Source: Acidimicrobiia bacterium
Lineage (GTDB): Bacteria; Actinomycetota; Acidimicrobiia; Spongiisociales; ZC4RG35
DNA length: 64,000 nucleotides
NCBI GenBank assembly: GCA_040880725.1
Contig: JBBDHV010000040.1
Coordinates: forward strand, 21,843-85,842
Reading direction: 5' to 3'
Each line of letters starts with the position of its first letter. Within the stretch, counting starts at the first letter, position 1. This document shows, piece after piece, positions 47,037 to 56,589 of this stretch. Both the position numbers and the translations under genes were made by a program. The notes under the pieces were generated by a model. It searched no databases, was not told the origin of the DNA, and saw nothing but the letters and a program-made list of their open reading frames with translations.

Positions 47037-47155
47037 TGTGACCAACCGTTGGCCAGGGTGTCGCGTACTTGTTCCATCCTCGTCCCCACGTCATCAGCGA
47101 CCTCGCGAACACCGGGTGCTGCCTTCACGAGTTCCAGGACCGCCTCGGTGTCCAT
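47033..47155 (-). CDS. Candidate 40-aa small protein
   Basis: ATG 47155 preceded by GAGGTGG at 8 nt. The stop overlaps the lipoprotein GTG. MDTEAVLELVKAAPGVREVADDVGTRMEQVRDTLANGWSQ. No homology recognised. Confidence 0.3.
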   Translation of the reverse strand: MDTEAVLELVKAAPGVREVADDVGTRMEQVRDTLANGWSQ

Positions 47156-47198
47156 GAAGTCGACCACCTCGTCGTCACCTGACCGCAGGTGAGGAGAA

Positions 47199-47897
47199 TC
47201 ACGCTTCGGCCGCTCGGAGTTGGCGGTGCTTCTCCAGCGCTCGCACATACCAGCCTCCGAACGCCTCCTCGAACCGCCTCCTCGCAGCCGCCGAGTCCCC
47301 GGAGGCGATGGCGTCGAGGATCGCAGAGTGCGAGTCGAGAATTCGTCGGTAGTAGTCCTCGGAATGATCGGCAATGCGTCTTATCCGGCTGTCCTCGAAG
47401 TACAAGAGGACGGTTCGTTGCAGGGCGTCGACCAGGTAACTGTTGTCCGCCATCTCCCAGACGTGGCGATGGAACTGCACCAAACGCTCATCGAAACGAC
47501 CGGACCGTTCTGCCTCGGCATCCGAGCGCATTCCGTCGAGAAGCTCACGGAGGCCGGCGAGTTGTTCTGCGGTTCCGCACCGCGCTGCCTCTTCCACAAC
47601 CAGACCCTCGAGGGCCCTGCGGACCTTGAACAGCTTCTCCACGTCGTCGGCATCGAGGCGCACCACATGCGTCGACGAGTTGCGGGTCCGCACGACGAGG
47701 CCCTGCGCCTCGAGTTCGATCAACGCCTCCCGCACCGCCGACAGGCTCGCCCCGAACTGCGCGGCCAGCTTTCGCTCGACGAGCCGTTCGCCCTGCGTGA
47801 GGACACCGCCGACGATGGCTTGACGGATCTGATCGGCGATCTGGTCTCTGAGAGTTCGTGTGCCGAGCGGCTCGAACACGGTCGCATCGTCAGCCAC
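47199..47897 (-). CDS. GntR family transcriptional regulator (FadR/FCD subfamily)
   Basis: wHTH LVERKLAAQFGASLSAVREALIELEAQGLV plus a helical FCD domain. GTG 47897 chosen (alternative 47879). The track ORF to 48302 is an over-extension. Confidence 0.85.
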   Translation of the reverse strand: MADDATVFEPLGTRTLRDQIADQIRQAIVGGVLTQGERLVERKLAAQFGASLSAVREALIELEAQGLVVRTRNSSTHVVRLDADDVEKLFKVRRALEGLVVEEAARCGTAEQLAGLRELLDGMRSDAEAERSGRFDERLVQFHRHVWEMADNSYLVDALQRTVLLYFEDSRIRRIADHSEDYYRRILDSHSAILDAIASGDSAAARRRFEEAFGGWYVRALEKHRQLRAAEA

Positions 47898-47932
47898 CTG
47901 ACCCAAGCTAGCAGCCGACCCAGGCTCGAATC

Positions 47933-48000
47933 CCGTACTGCTACGGTCGTTCGGCAATAGGAAAGAACAACGGCGAAAGCGGTCCGTCAGGGTCCTGACG
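47933..48000. promoter_or_regulatory. Two perfect palindromes in the GntR/FAH divergent region (operator candidates)
   Basis: CCGTA-ctgc-TACGG (47933-47946) and CGTCAGG-gt-CCTGACG (47985-48000), read directly. Confidence 0.3.
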
Positions 48001-48017
48001 ACCGCGGTAGAGACAGG

Positions 48018-48947
48018 GTGGTGGGACCTTTGGTACGCGTACTCAGCTATCAGGGCGACGACGGAACGGCACGTGCGGGAGTGGCAACCATCGATGACGG
48101 GATCGTCGATCTGCACTCCGCCAGTGAGGGGACGCTCCCAACGTCGCTGCTGGGGGTGTTCGAGACGCCGGGATGGCGCGCACTCGTGGACGAAGCGGTC
48201 TCCACTGGGACCCGCGTCGGCACGATGGGCGACCTCCGACTCCTCACACCGATGCGCCGCCCTCCGAAGCTTCTCGCGACGGCTGCGAATTACCAGCGTC
48301 ACATCGATGAGGGCGGAGGAAAGAAGGTCGACAAGACCCGCAGCATCCCCAAACTCTTTCTGAAACCCTCGTCAGCGATCATCGGACCAGAAGACGAACT
48401 TCCCCTGCCCACCGTCTCGGACCAGGTCGACTGGGAGATCGAACTCGGGATCGTGATCGGAACGGCTGGATTCGCCATTCCACCCGAACGCGCCCTCGAC
48501 CATGTGGCCGGCTACACGATCGTGAACGACGTCTCGGCCCGAACGATGTCCTGGGGTCTCGAGGACCGAGACGCAACCCACCCCAACACGGGGTTCTTCG
48601 ACTGGCTGAGCGGAAAATGGCCGAACGGGTTCGCTCCCATCGGACCGTGGATCACGACAGCGGATGCGGTCGGGGATCCACAGAACCTGGAGTTCAGCCT
48701 CACATTGAACGGCGAGGTCATGCAGACGGGGTCGACGAGCGAGATGATCTTCACCTGCCAGGACCTGATCGTCTTTGCCTCACGATTCATGACACTCGAG
48801 CCGGGCGACGTCATCGCCACAGGCACGGGCGCCGGCTGCGGTGTGTCGATCGGACGCTTCCTCGCCCCCGGTGATGTGATGGAGGCCAGGATCGAGGGAC
48901 TCGGCACACTCACGACTCCGGTCGGAGAACGCATCCAGGCGCAATAG
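48018..48947 (+). CDS. Fumarylacetoacetate hydrolase (FAH) family protein (second copy)
   Basis: 309 aa. DWEIELGIVIG, PGDVIATGTGAGCG. Confidence 0.85.
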   Translation: MVGPLVRVLSYQGDDGTARAGVATIDDGIVDLHSASEGTLPTSLLGVFETPGWRALVDEAVSTGTRVGTMGDLRLLTPMRRPPKLLATAANYQRHIDEGGGKKVDKTRSIPKLFLKPSSAIIGPEDELPLPTVSDQVDWEIELGIVIGTAGFAIPPERALDHVAGYTIVNDVSARTMSWGLEDRDATHPNTGFFDWLSGKWPNGFAPIGPWITTADAVGDPQNLEFSLTLNGEVMQTGSTSEMIFTCQDLIVFASRFMTLEPGDVIATGTGAGCGVSIGRFLAPGDVMEARIEGLGTLTTPVGERIQAQ

Positions 48948-48954
48948 CCGTCGG

Positions 48955-50544
48955 CTACAGGAACGCACCGGGGCGTAACCCAGTGTGGTTGCCATCCATG
49001 ACGACCGTCTCGCCGGCGACGATCACCGATCGAATCCCGTCCGAGAAACGATGGGGATCAGCGAAGGTCGCCGTGTCGACAATGGTCTTCGGGTCGAAGA
49101 CCACGAGATCCGCGACGTACCCGGGTGCGACGACACCCCGGTCGGAGAAACCAAACCACTCGGCAGGCTTCTGCGTCGCCTTGTGGACAGCCTGCTCGAG
49201 CGACAGAACCTGTTGATCTCTGACGTAGGGGCCAAGCACTCGTGGATAGCACCCGTATGAGCGCGGATGGGGCTTGCCCTGCCCGCTCGGGCCCTCGGGG
49301 TCCAACGCCCGCCCGTCCGATCCAATCATCGTGAGAGGATGACGGAGCGCCGCGACCACGTCGTCCTCGGAACGGCCGAACGCCACCATCGATGCCGTCA
49401 CACCGGACGACTCGACAAGCCGAACCACCACCTCGGCAGGCGCGAGGTTCCAGAGTTTCGAGATCTCGGCGACCGACTTGCCGACCACCTCCTCGGGAAC
49501 CTCGCCCGACGAGATCGTGATATCGCCCCAGGTGTCCTTGCGGCTTCCGCCGCCCACCTCCTCGAGGACGCGAGCACGCGCACCCGGATCGCTCAACCTT
49601 TGCAACTGCGCCGTCCGTCCACCTTCCAGCAACCAGTCGGGCAACAGCTGGGTCAGGTTGCCGCTTCCCGCTACATACGGGTACACGTCCACTCCGACCC
49701 GGCTTCCGGCGGCCACGGCATCATCGATCATCGCCAGCGCGTCACTGACGGCGCCCCAGTTGTTCCTGCCGATCACGGCGAGATGAGAAACCTGCACCCG
49801 GCATCCGGTGAGTCGAGCGACATCGAGGACTTCTGACACTGCATCGAGAAGATGATCGGTGTAGTCGCGCATGTGAAAGGAAAAGATCTTGTCGTGGTCC
49901 GCCGCCACCTCGCCCAATGCCACGAGCTCGTCCGGCGTTGCCGAAGTCATTGGGGCGAGACTGAGCCCCGTTGACAGTCCACACGCCCCCTGAGCAAGCG
50001 CCCTGTCTGCGATGCGCTGCATCGCAGTCAGTTCAGAAGCCGTCGCAGGGCGGGCGTCGTACCCGACGACCGCCACTCGAATCGGCAGGTGGCCGGCCAG
50101 CAGGGCGACGTTCATCGACACTCCGCCACGGTTGACGCGCTCGCGGTACTCGACCACATCCCGCCAATCCCAGGTCACCGACGGGTCGACGTCCCCGGTG
50201 GCCATCGCCACGCGATACGTGGCGACGTCAGCCTCGGGAGACAGCGGTGCGGCAGAGAGCCCACAGTTCCCCATGACTTCGGTGGTCACACCCTGACGGA
50301 TCTTGCTCGGAACCATCGGCGCACTGAGGACGGCCAGATCGGAGTGGCCGTGAATGTCGACGAATCCCGGAGCCACAACGGATCCGGATGCATCGATGAT
50401 TGTATTGGAGTCCTGCCCGGCGTCCGAGGTTCCGACGAAGACGATACGACTGCCCCTCACCCCGACATCCGCGCGATGCGTAGCTGCTCCGGTGCCGTCA
50501 ACGACGGAGCCACCCCGGATGAGGAGATCGAACGGCACGCCCAC
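48955..50544 (-). CDS. N-acyl-D-amino-acid deacylase family amidohydrolase (D-aminoacylase), copy 1
   Basis: FDLLIRGGSVVDGTG, PGFVDIHGHSD metal site. Start among TTG 50556, GTG 50544 and GTG 50538, next to the stop of the ABC ATPase. The track start at 50712 is an over-extension. Confidence 0.85.
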   Translation of the reverse strand: MGVPFDLLIRGGSVVDGTGAATHRADVGVRGSRIVFVGTSDAGQDSNTIIDASGSVVAPGFVDIHGHSDLAVLSAPMVPSKIRQGVTTEVMGNCGLSAAPLSPEADVATYRVAMATGDVDPSVTWDWRDVVEYRERVNRGGVSMNVALLAGHLPIRVAVVGYDARPATASELTAMQRIADRALAQGACGLSTGLSLAPMTSATPDELVALGEVAADHDKIFSFHMRDYTDHLLDAVSEVLDVARLTGCRVQVSHLAVIGRNNWGAVSDALAMIDDAVAAGSRVGVDVYPYVAGSGNLTQLLPDWLLEGGRTAQLQRLSDPGARARVLEEVGGGSRKDTWGDITISSGEVPEEVVGKSVAEISKLWNLAPAEVVVRLVESSGVTASMVAFGRSEDDVVAALRHPLTMIGSDGRALDPEGPSGQGKPHPRSYGCYPRVLGPYVRDQQVLSLEQAVHKATQKPAEWFGFSDRGVVAPGYVADLVVFDPKTIVDTATFADPHRFSDGIRSVIVAGETVVMDGNHTGLRPGAFL

Positions 50545-50552
50545 GGCGCGAC

Positions 50553-51572
50553 TCAAGTGGTTTCCCGACGGGCGGTGAGGATCTCGACGAGTTCCGGAAA
50601 GTGACAGGCCGCGCGATGGATTTCGCGATCGTTCCCGGCCACGCCCGCGAGGGGCGGCTCTTCGGCGGCACAGATCTCCTCGGCCTTCCAACAACGCGTC
50701 CGGAACCGACAACCCGATGGGGGGTTGGAAGGACTCGGGACCTCGCCATGCAGCACGATCCGGTCGCCACGATCGCGCATGTCCGGGTCGGCGATCGGAA
50801 CCGCGGACAGGAGCGACTGCGTGTAGGGATGCACGGCCCGGGTATAGATGTCGTCTCGTGTCCCCGTCTCCATGATCTTGCCCAGATACATGACAGCCAC
50901 CCGATCACTCAGATGTCGCACCACCGACAGATCGTGGGCGATGAAGATGTACGCGAGGCCCTGCTCGTCCTGGAGCCGCTCGAGTTCATTGACGATCTGT
51001 GCCTGAATCGACACATCGAGTGCCGACACCGGCTCATCCAGGATCAGCGCCTTCGGTCCGAGTGCGAGAGCCCTGGCAATCCCGATGCGCTGACGCTGTC
51101 CTCCCGAGAACTCCCGGGCGTACCGGTTCCCGTGCTCGGGGTTGAGACCGACGACCTCCATCAACTCCGCGACGCGTGTCCTGCCGCCGTTGCGATATCG
51201 ACCGTGCACTCGGAGTGGTTCGGCGATGATCTCATGCACCGTCATGCGGGCACTCAGGGATGCATAAGGGTCTTGGAACACCACCTGCAGTTTCGACCGT
51301 ATCTCACGGAGCTGTCGACGCGTCCACCCGCTGATCTCGTCACCGTCGATGACGATCCGGCCCGAGTTGGGCTTCAGCATGCGCATGATGGCGCGCCCCG
51401 TAGTCGACTTGCCACAGCCCGATTCACCGACCAACCCAAGGGTCTCCCCGGCCTGAACAGACAAGCTGACACCGTCGACGGCATGCACTGCGCCGATCTG
51501 GCGACGGAGCGGACCCCCGAGCACCGGGAAATGGACGACCAGGTCCTCGACCTCGATCAGGGCATCACTCAT
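50553..51572 (-). CDS. Peptide/nickel ABC transporter ATP-binding protein (DppF/OppF type)
   Basis: Walker [19 protein letters not shown]-terminal oligopeptide-ABC Cys-containing tail. Confidence 0.93.
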   Translation of the reverse strand: MSDALIEVEDLVVHFPVLGGPLRRQIGAVHAVDGVSLSVQAGETLGLVGESGCGKSTTGRAIMRMLKPNSGRIVIDGDEISGWTRRQLREIRSKLQVVFQDPYASLSARMTVHEIIAEPLRVHGRYRNGGRTRVAELMEVVGLNPEHGNRYAREFSGGQRQRIGIARALALGPKALILDEPVSALDVSIQAQIVNELERLQDEQGLAYIFIAHDLSVVRHLSDRVAVMYLGKIMETGTRDDIYTRAVHPYTQSLLSAVPIADPDMRDRGDRIVLHGEVPSPSNPPSGCRFRTRCWKAEEICAAEEPPLAGVAGNDREIHRAACHFPELVEILTARRETT

Positions 51573-52635
51573 CTCGGGACCCCTTGACGGCAGGAATGAG
51601 GACCCGTTCGACCAGCTCCGGAACCTGGTCGTGGTAGTGGCACGCCGAGCCGTGCCCCTCCCCGATCACTGCGAGCGGAGGCTCCTCGCCACGGCACACG
51701 GGGTCTCCATTACCGATTGAACACCGCGGCTCGAACGAGCAACCCGGCAGGACCTGAAGGGCGCTGGGAGGGTTTCCTGGAATTGCCGTCAGCTTCTGGC
51801 CTTGAAGTTCGACTCGGGGAAGCCCACTCAACAGACCCACCGTGTAGGGATGTCGAGGATTGTGGAAGATGGTTCGCACATCGCTGTATTCCACGACCTT
51901 GCCGGCGTACATCACCACGACTCGGTCGGCGAGTTCTGCGATCACGCCCAGGTCGTGAGTGATCAGGATCATCGCCGAGTCGGTCTCCCGCAGCGTGTCC
52001 TGGAGGACTTCGAGCACTTGCGCCTGAATCGTCACATCGAGCGCCGTCGTCGGCTCGTCGGCGATGAGGAGGTCAGGGCTGTTGGCCACGGCCATGGCGA
52101 TCATCGCGCGCTGACGCATTCCGCCGGAGTACTGGTGGGGATACTCGTCGAACCGACGCTCCGGACTCGGCACACCCACGCTCTCGAGCAACGCGATCCC
52201 ACGTGCTCGGGCCTGTTCCTTGGAACAATCCGGATCATGAAGGCGAATCATCTCCGTGATCTGGGCCCCGATGGGGACCACAGGGTTGAACGACGTCATC
52301 GGATCCTGGGGGACGAGGGCGATCCTGCGCCCTCGGAACTTCCGCAGTTGGCGCTGGGACAGGGACCGCATGTCGTTTCCGTCGAAAACGACCGAGCCTG
52401 CAGTCACCTTGCCGGGCGGACGCACCAGGCCCATCACGGCTCGCACGGACACGCTCTTGCCCGATCCTGATTCGCCGACGATGCCGAGCGTCTCTCCGCG
52501 TTGGATGTCAAAGCTCACGCCGTTGACGGCGTGCACGGTCCCGTCCGGCGTCGAGAAGCGGACCTCCAGATCGTCGACGGACAACAGCGGCCGCGCATCG
52601 GAACCGACAAGTTGGCCACGTACCGCGTCAGTCAC
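51565..52635 (-). CDS. Peptide/nickel ABC transporter ATP-binding protein (DppD/OppD type)
   Basis: Walker A GESGSGKS, YSGGMRQR. GTG start with SD GAGGAGG. Confidence 0.93.
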   Translation of the reverse strand: MTDAVRGQLVGSDARPLLSVDDLEVRFSTPDGTVHAVNGVSFDIQRGETLGIVGESGSGKSVSVRAVMGLVRPPGKVTAGSVVFDGNDMRSLSQRQLRKFRGRRIALVPQDPMTSFNPVVPIGAQITEMIRLHDPDCSKEQARARGIALLESVGVPSPERRFDEYPHQYSGGMRQRAMIAMAVANSPDLLIADEPTTALDVTIQAQVLEVLQDTLRETDSAMILITHDLGVIAELADRVVVMYAGKVVEYSDVRTIFHNPRHPYTVGLLSGLPRVELQGQKLTAIPGNPPSALQVLPGCSFEPRCSIGNGDPVCRGEEPPLAVIGEGHGSACHYHDQVPELVERVLIPAVKGSRDE

Positions 52636-52650
52636 AGAACCTCCTCGACG

Positions 52651-53601
52651 TCATGTCTGATTCGGGTCGACGGCGTCACGCAGTCCATCCCCCACGAAGT
52701 TCACGGCAAGAACTGTGAGCGCGATGAGCGATCCCGGGGACAACCACAGCCAGGGCATACGGCTGAGAATCGTGAGGCTCTGAGCTTCGGTCAGCATGTT
52801 CCCCCAACTCGCAGTGGGAGGCTGCACGCCATAGCCGAGGAACGACAACGCCGACTCGACGAGGATGGCCTGGGCAACGAGCAACGTCACGACGACCGCG
52901 AGGGGCGGGAGCACCGCGGGAACGATATGCCGGACCATGACGCGAAACTCGGAGGATCCGATCGCCCGCGCCGCTTCCACGAACTCGCGCTCGCGCAGAG
53001 AGAGCGTCAACCCGCGCGCGATTCGGCTGGCGGTTGGCCATTCGAACAACGCGAGAGCGAGGATGATCGTTCTCAAACTCGGTCCGAAGAGGCCCGCGAA
53101 GACGATCACGATCACCAGCGACGGAAAGGAAAGGACGACGTCGGCCGTGCGCATGATGATGCTGTCGACCCGTCCCCCCACCATGCCTGCGACAGAACCG
53201 AGGATCAGACCGACGAGACCGGCTCCCAGAGCTGCAGCAAGCCCGACGCTCAACGACACACGGCCGGCATAGAGCAACCGCGTGAGAACGTCCCGGCCCG
53301 ACGAGTCGGTGCCGAGCAGGTGCTCGGCGCTCGGCGGATTGCGATAGGCCTGAAGGTTCACTTCCTGCGGGGTATACGGCGTCAACCAGGGCGCGAACGT
53401 TGCAAGCACGACGAGCAGCAGAATGAACACGGCTCCGAAGACTGCCAATCGATTGCTCGTGAACCGCCGGAGAGCGAGGCGCCCGGGTGAGCGACGCTGG
53501 ATCTGAGCCGGAGCCTGTACGCCGGTATCGGAACTGCCAGCCAACACGGACTTGCCGTCAGGCTCCGGTAGCCCGGGCGGTCTGACCTCGTGATCACTCA
53601 T
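52651..53601 (-). CDS. Peptide ABC transporter permease (DppC type)
   Basis: 316 aa, 6 TM helices, EAA-loop-like EFVEAARAIGSS. Confidence 0.9.
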   Translation of the reverse strand: MSDHEVRPPGLPEPDGKSVLAGSSDTGVQAPAQIQRRSPGRLALRRFTSNRLAVFGAVFILLLVVLATFAPWLTPYTPQEVNLQAYRNPPSAEHLLGTDSSGRDVLTRLLYAGRVSLSVGLAAALGAGLVGLILGSVAGMVGGRVDSIIMRTADVVLSFPSLVIVIVFAGLFGPSLRTIILALALFEWPTASRIARGLTLSLREREFVEAARAIGSSEFRVMVRHIVPAVLPPLAVVVTLLVAQAILVESALSFLGYGVQPPTASWGNMLTEAQSLTILSRMPWLWLSPGSLIALTVLAVNFVGDGLRDAVDPNQT

Positions 53602-54545
53602 CGGAGTCGGATCCGGGGATCGGTGACGGCATACAAGAGATCTGCGATCAGGTTGAAGATCACGACCAACAGACCCACGAACATCGTGAACGCGATGATG
53701 ACGGGATAGTCACGCTGGCCGATCGAACTCAGCACGAGCCTGCCCATTCCGGGCCAAGCGAAGATCTGTTCGAGCACGACGGCTCCGGCGAGGAGTTGGG
53801 GGATGTAGATGGCAATGACCGTGATAAGAGGAACAAGCGAGTTGCGCAATGCGTGCCGCACTACCACCCGCGTCTGGGACGCACCCTTGGCGATTGCTGT
53901 CTCGACATAGTCTTTGTTCAACTCATCGAGCAGACCGCTACGAACGTATCTGACCAGTGGGCCGGAGAGACCGAAGCCGAGGATGCCGGCGGGCATGATC
54001 AGATGGCGGATGCTCTCCCCGAATCCTCCTGAGCCCATCCCGGACGTAGGCAACCATCCGAGCGTCAGACCGAAGACGAATATGGCCGCCAGGCCAAGGA
54101 AGAAGTTCGGGATGGAAATCGCCGAGAGGCTGACCACTGCAGTCGCGTAGTCGGCCGATGTGTTCTTGCGGAGGGCGGCGATGATGCCCAATGGAATGGC
54201 GATGATCAAGCCGATGGCGATACCGGTGCCCATCAACCGGACGGTGGGCATGATCCGCTCGACGACCAACCCCAAGACGGGGCGGCGACTGACGAACGAG
54301 AATCCGAGGTCGCCTTGCAGTACCTCGCCTGCCCAGGCGAGGTACTGCACTGGAACCGGCTTGTCGAGGCCGAGCTCAGCTCTTCTCCGGTCGACGTAGG
54401 TGCTGTCCGATGCTGCGATCTCGGGATCGAGTTGCATCATCACCGGGTCGCCAGGGGCGAGGCGGACGAGGACGAAGATGCCGATGGAGATGAGGATCAG
54501 AACTGGCACAACTGCCAGCGCTCTCCTCACGAAATAGCTCACCAC
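53598..54545 (-). CDS. Peptide ABC transporter permease (DppB type)
   Basis: 315 aa, GTG start, DYVETAIAKGAS loop. ATGA overlap with the next permease gene. Confidence 0.9.
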   Translation of the reverse strand: MVSYFVRRALAVVPVLILISIGIFVLVRLAPGDPVMMQLDPEIAASDSTYVDRRRAELGLDKPVPVQYLAWAGEVLQGDLGFSFVSRRPVLGLVVERIMPTVRLMGTGIAIGLIIAIPLGIIAALRKNTSADYATAVVSLSAISIPNFFLGLAAIFVFGLTLGWLPTSGMGSGGFGESIRHLIMPAGILGFGLSGPLVRYVRSGLLDELNKDYVETAIAKGASQTRVVVRHALRNSLVPLITVIAIYIPQLLAGAVVLEQIFAWPGMGRLVLSSIGQRDYPVIIAFTMFVGLLVVIFNLIADLLYAVTDPRIRLR

Positions 54546-54610
54546 GGCTTCTTCATCCCGCCGCCTTCCCCTGGCTCAGACCAGGTGACACGTACTGACG
54601 TATCGAACTC

Positions 54611-56308
54611 CTACTCCGAGAGCGTCCACTCGTGGGCGTTGACGAATCCCTCGGTGAAGTTGCCGTGGGCCTCGAAACCCTCGAGCCGATCGCTGTGTGC
54701 CCAGATCGTATTGTTGTTGTACAGCCAGATGTACGGAACAAGATCGTTCAATTGACGTGAGATCTCGTGGTACATCTCTTGGCGCTCATCGAAGTCCGCA
54801 GTCGCGTCTGCTTCCCGCCACAGTGCGAGAAGATCTTCCACACCGTCCTGCGCACACCAGCCCGGACCGGTCCACGAGGGATCGTCGCAGTTTGTGACCA
54901 GATACAAGGGATGCGGATCCACGCTGTAGTCGCCGCCTCCGAACAGTGTGAAGTCGTAAGTACCGTCGTCGCGCTTGGCGATGAGCTCCGACACTTCGAC
55001 GTTCACGATCTCGGTCGTGATCCCGACGGCGTTCCACTGCTCCTGGATGATCGGTACTGCTGCATCCCTGTCACGCGTACCGGGAATCCACTGGATCTCC
55101 ACGGTCGTGGCGGGATCCCAGCCCGCCTCGTCGAGGAGCTCCCTCGCCCGATCAGGATCGTACGGGTACTCGTTCAGACCGTCAGGCAGTGCCCACGGGG
55201 TGTAATACCCGACAGTCACCATGTCGCCGTAACCCTCGAGGAGCACGTCAACCAGTCCTTGCCTGTCGATGGCGTGCATCATCGCCTGCCGAACCCGCTT
55301 GTCCTGGAACTGTTCCTTGCCGTGGTTGATCGACATCCGGATACTGCCGGTCCCCTGCGCCGGCTCGATCACAACGTCGTCAAAGCCCTCGACGAGTTCA
55401 ATATCGCTCGCGCTGATGAAGGCCAGATCGAGTTCTCCGGTTCCAAGCTGCGCCGTTGCGACGTCTCCATCAAGCGGGAGCAGCGTGAGCGTCTCGATAT
55501 CCGGAGCACCGAGGTGATAGTCCGAATTCGCCTCGAGCACGACCCGCTGGTCGACGACGTACTCGACGAAGTTGTACGGCCCGTACCCGACCGTCGGCTC
55601 CAGGAAGAACGCGTGATCGGCAAGGTCTTCGATCGGGACGTCACCGAGGACGTGTTCGGGGAGCGTGTAGACCGATTGGGCGGCGATGGTCGTGAGGAAT
55701 CCCACGTTCGGCGCCGACAGTTCAATCTCGAAGGTCGTGTCGTCGATGACTCGGTAACCGGTGATCTCGTCCGCCGTGCCTTCTGCGTATTCGGGCTGAC
55801 CCAGCACGCTGGAGAAGCGGCCCGCCGAACCGGTGACGTTGGGGTTCGCCAGCAGCTCCAGGCTGAACTTGACGTCGTTCGCCGTGAGCGGGGTGCCGTC
55901 GTTCCAGGTCAGGCCGTCGTAGAGGTTGAACGTGAAGGTCGTTCCGTCCTCGGAGATCTCCCAGCTCTCGGCGAGACGGCCCTCGAACTCGAAGTCGGCG
56001 TTGTTGACGATCAGCTTCTGATAGAGGAGATCCATCACCTGCTGATCCGGCCCGTGGAATGGGAGGAAGGGGTTCCACGCAGACGGTGCCTGGTAGAGGA
56101 ACACATTGAGGTTCTCCGCGTCTCCGCCTGTGTCGTCCGCGGCCGTCGTCGTCGTTGTGTCATCCCCGGAGTCGGCCGCTGTCGTGGTCGTCGTGTCGCC
56201 TCCGCTGGTCGTATCCGTGTCGTCCTCGCCCGAGGACGAGCAGGCCGCCAGCACCAGCATCATCGCCATGAGTAGGGCGAGCCAGTTCTTTCTCCGTAGT
56301 GCGTCCAC
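54611..56308 (-). CDS. Family-5 (peptide/nickel) ABC substrate-binding lipoprotein
   Basis: GTG start with SD AGGAGGAA. Lipobox LAAC, a T/D-rich linker, then a family-5 SBP body. Confidence 0.9.
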   Translation of the reverse strand: MDALRRKNWLALLMAMMLVLAACSSSGEDDTDTTSGGDTTTTTAADSGDDTTTTTAADDTGGDAENLNVFLYQAPSAWNPFLPFHGPDQQVMDLLYQKLIVNNADFEFEGRLAESWEISEDGTTFTFNLYDGLTWNDGTPLTANDVKFSLELLANPNVTGSAGRFSSVLGQPEYAEGTADEITGYRVIDDTTFEIELSAPNVGFLTTIAAQSVYTLPEHVLGDVPIEDLADHAFFLEPTVGYGPYNFVEYVVDQRVVLEANSDYHLGAPDIETLTLLPLDGDVATAQLGTGELDLAFISASDIELVEGFDDVVIEPAQGTGSIRMSINHGKEQFQDKRVRQAMMHAIDRQGLVDVLLEGYGDMVTVGYYTPWALPDGLNEYPYDPDRARELLDEAGWDPATTVEIQWIPGTRDRDAAVPIIQEQWNAVGITTEIVNVEVSELIAKRDDGTYDFTLFGGGDYSVDPHPLYLVTNCDDPSWTGPGWCAQDGVEDLLALWREADATADFDERQEMYHEISRQLNDLVPYIWLYNNNTIWAHSDRLEGFEAHGNFTEGFVNAHEWTLSE

Positions 56309-56589
56309 TTGGGTTCCTCCTGTTGGACTCGACGTGGCCCGCCGGGAGGCGAACCATGATGCTTCTACTGCTCGACCGTCTGCTCCGATAGCACATCAGG
56401 ACGATGGGAAGCGACGGCCAATCTATGGAGGGCTCCGGCTGAGTGTCAAATATCTTTTGTGTTGCCATTCAACTGTTCGGCGACCCTGCTTGGATGCCGT
56501 GACGGGGCGAATCCACCTCGCTCACAGCGTTCCACCTCCGACCATAGGATGACCCGCCATACGAGGGTCGCCGCCCAACGAGAGAAGCG

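Noticed and set aside
56110-56260. Imperfect tandem DNA repeat in the SBP gene (encodes GDDTTTTTAAD twice)
   Set aside because: This is a low-complexity Thr/Asp-rich lipoprotein linker, a common feature and not an independent element.
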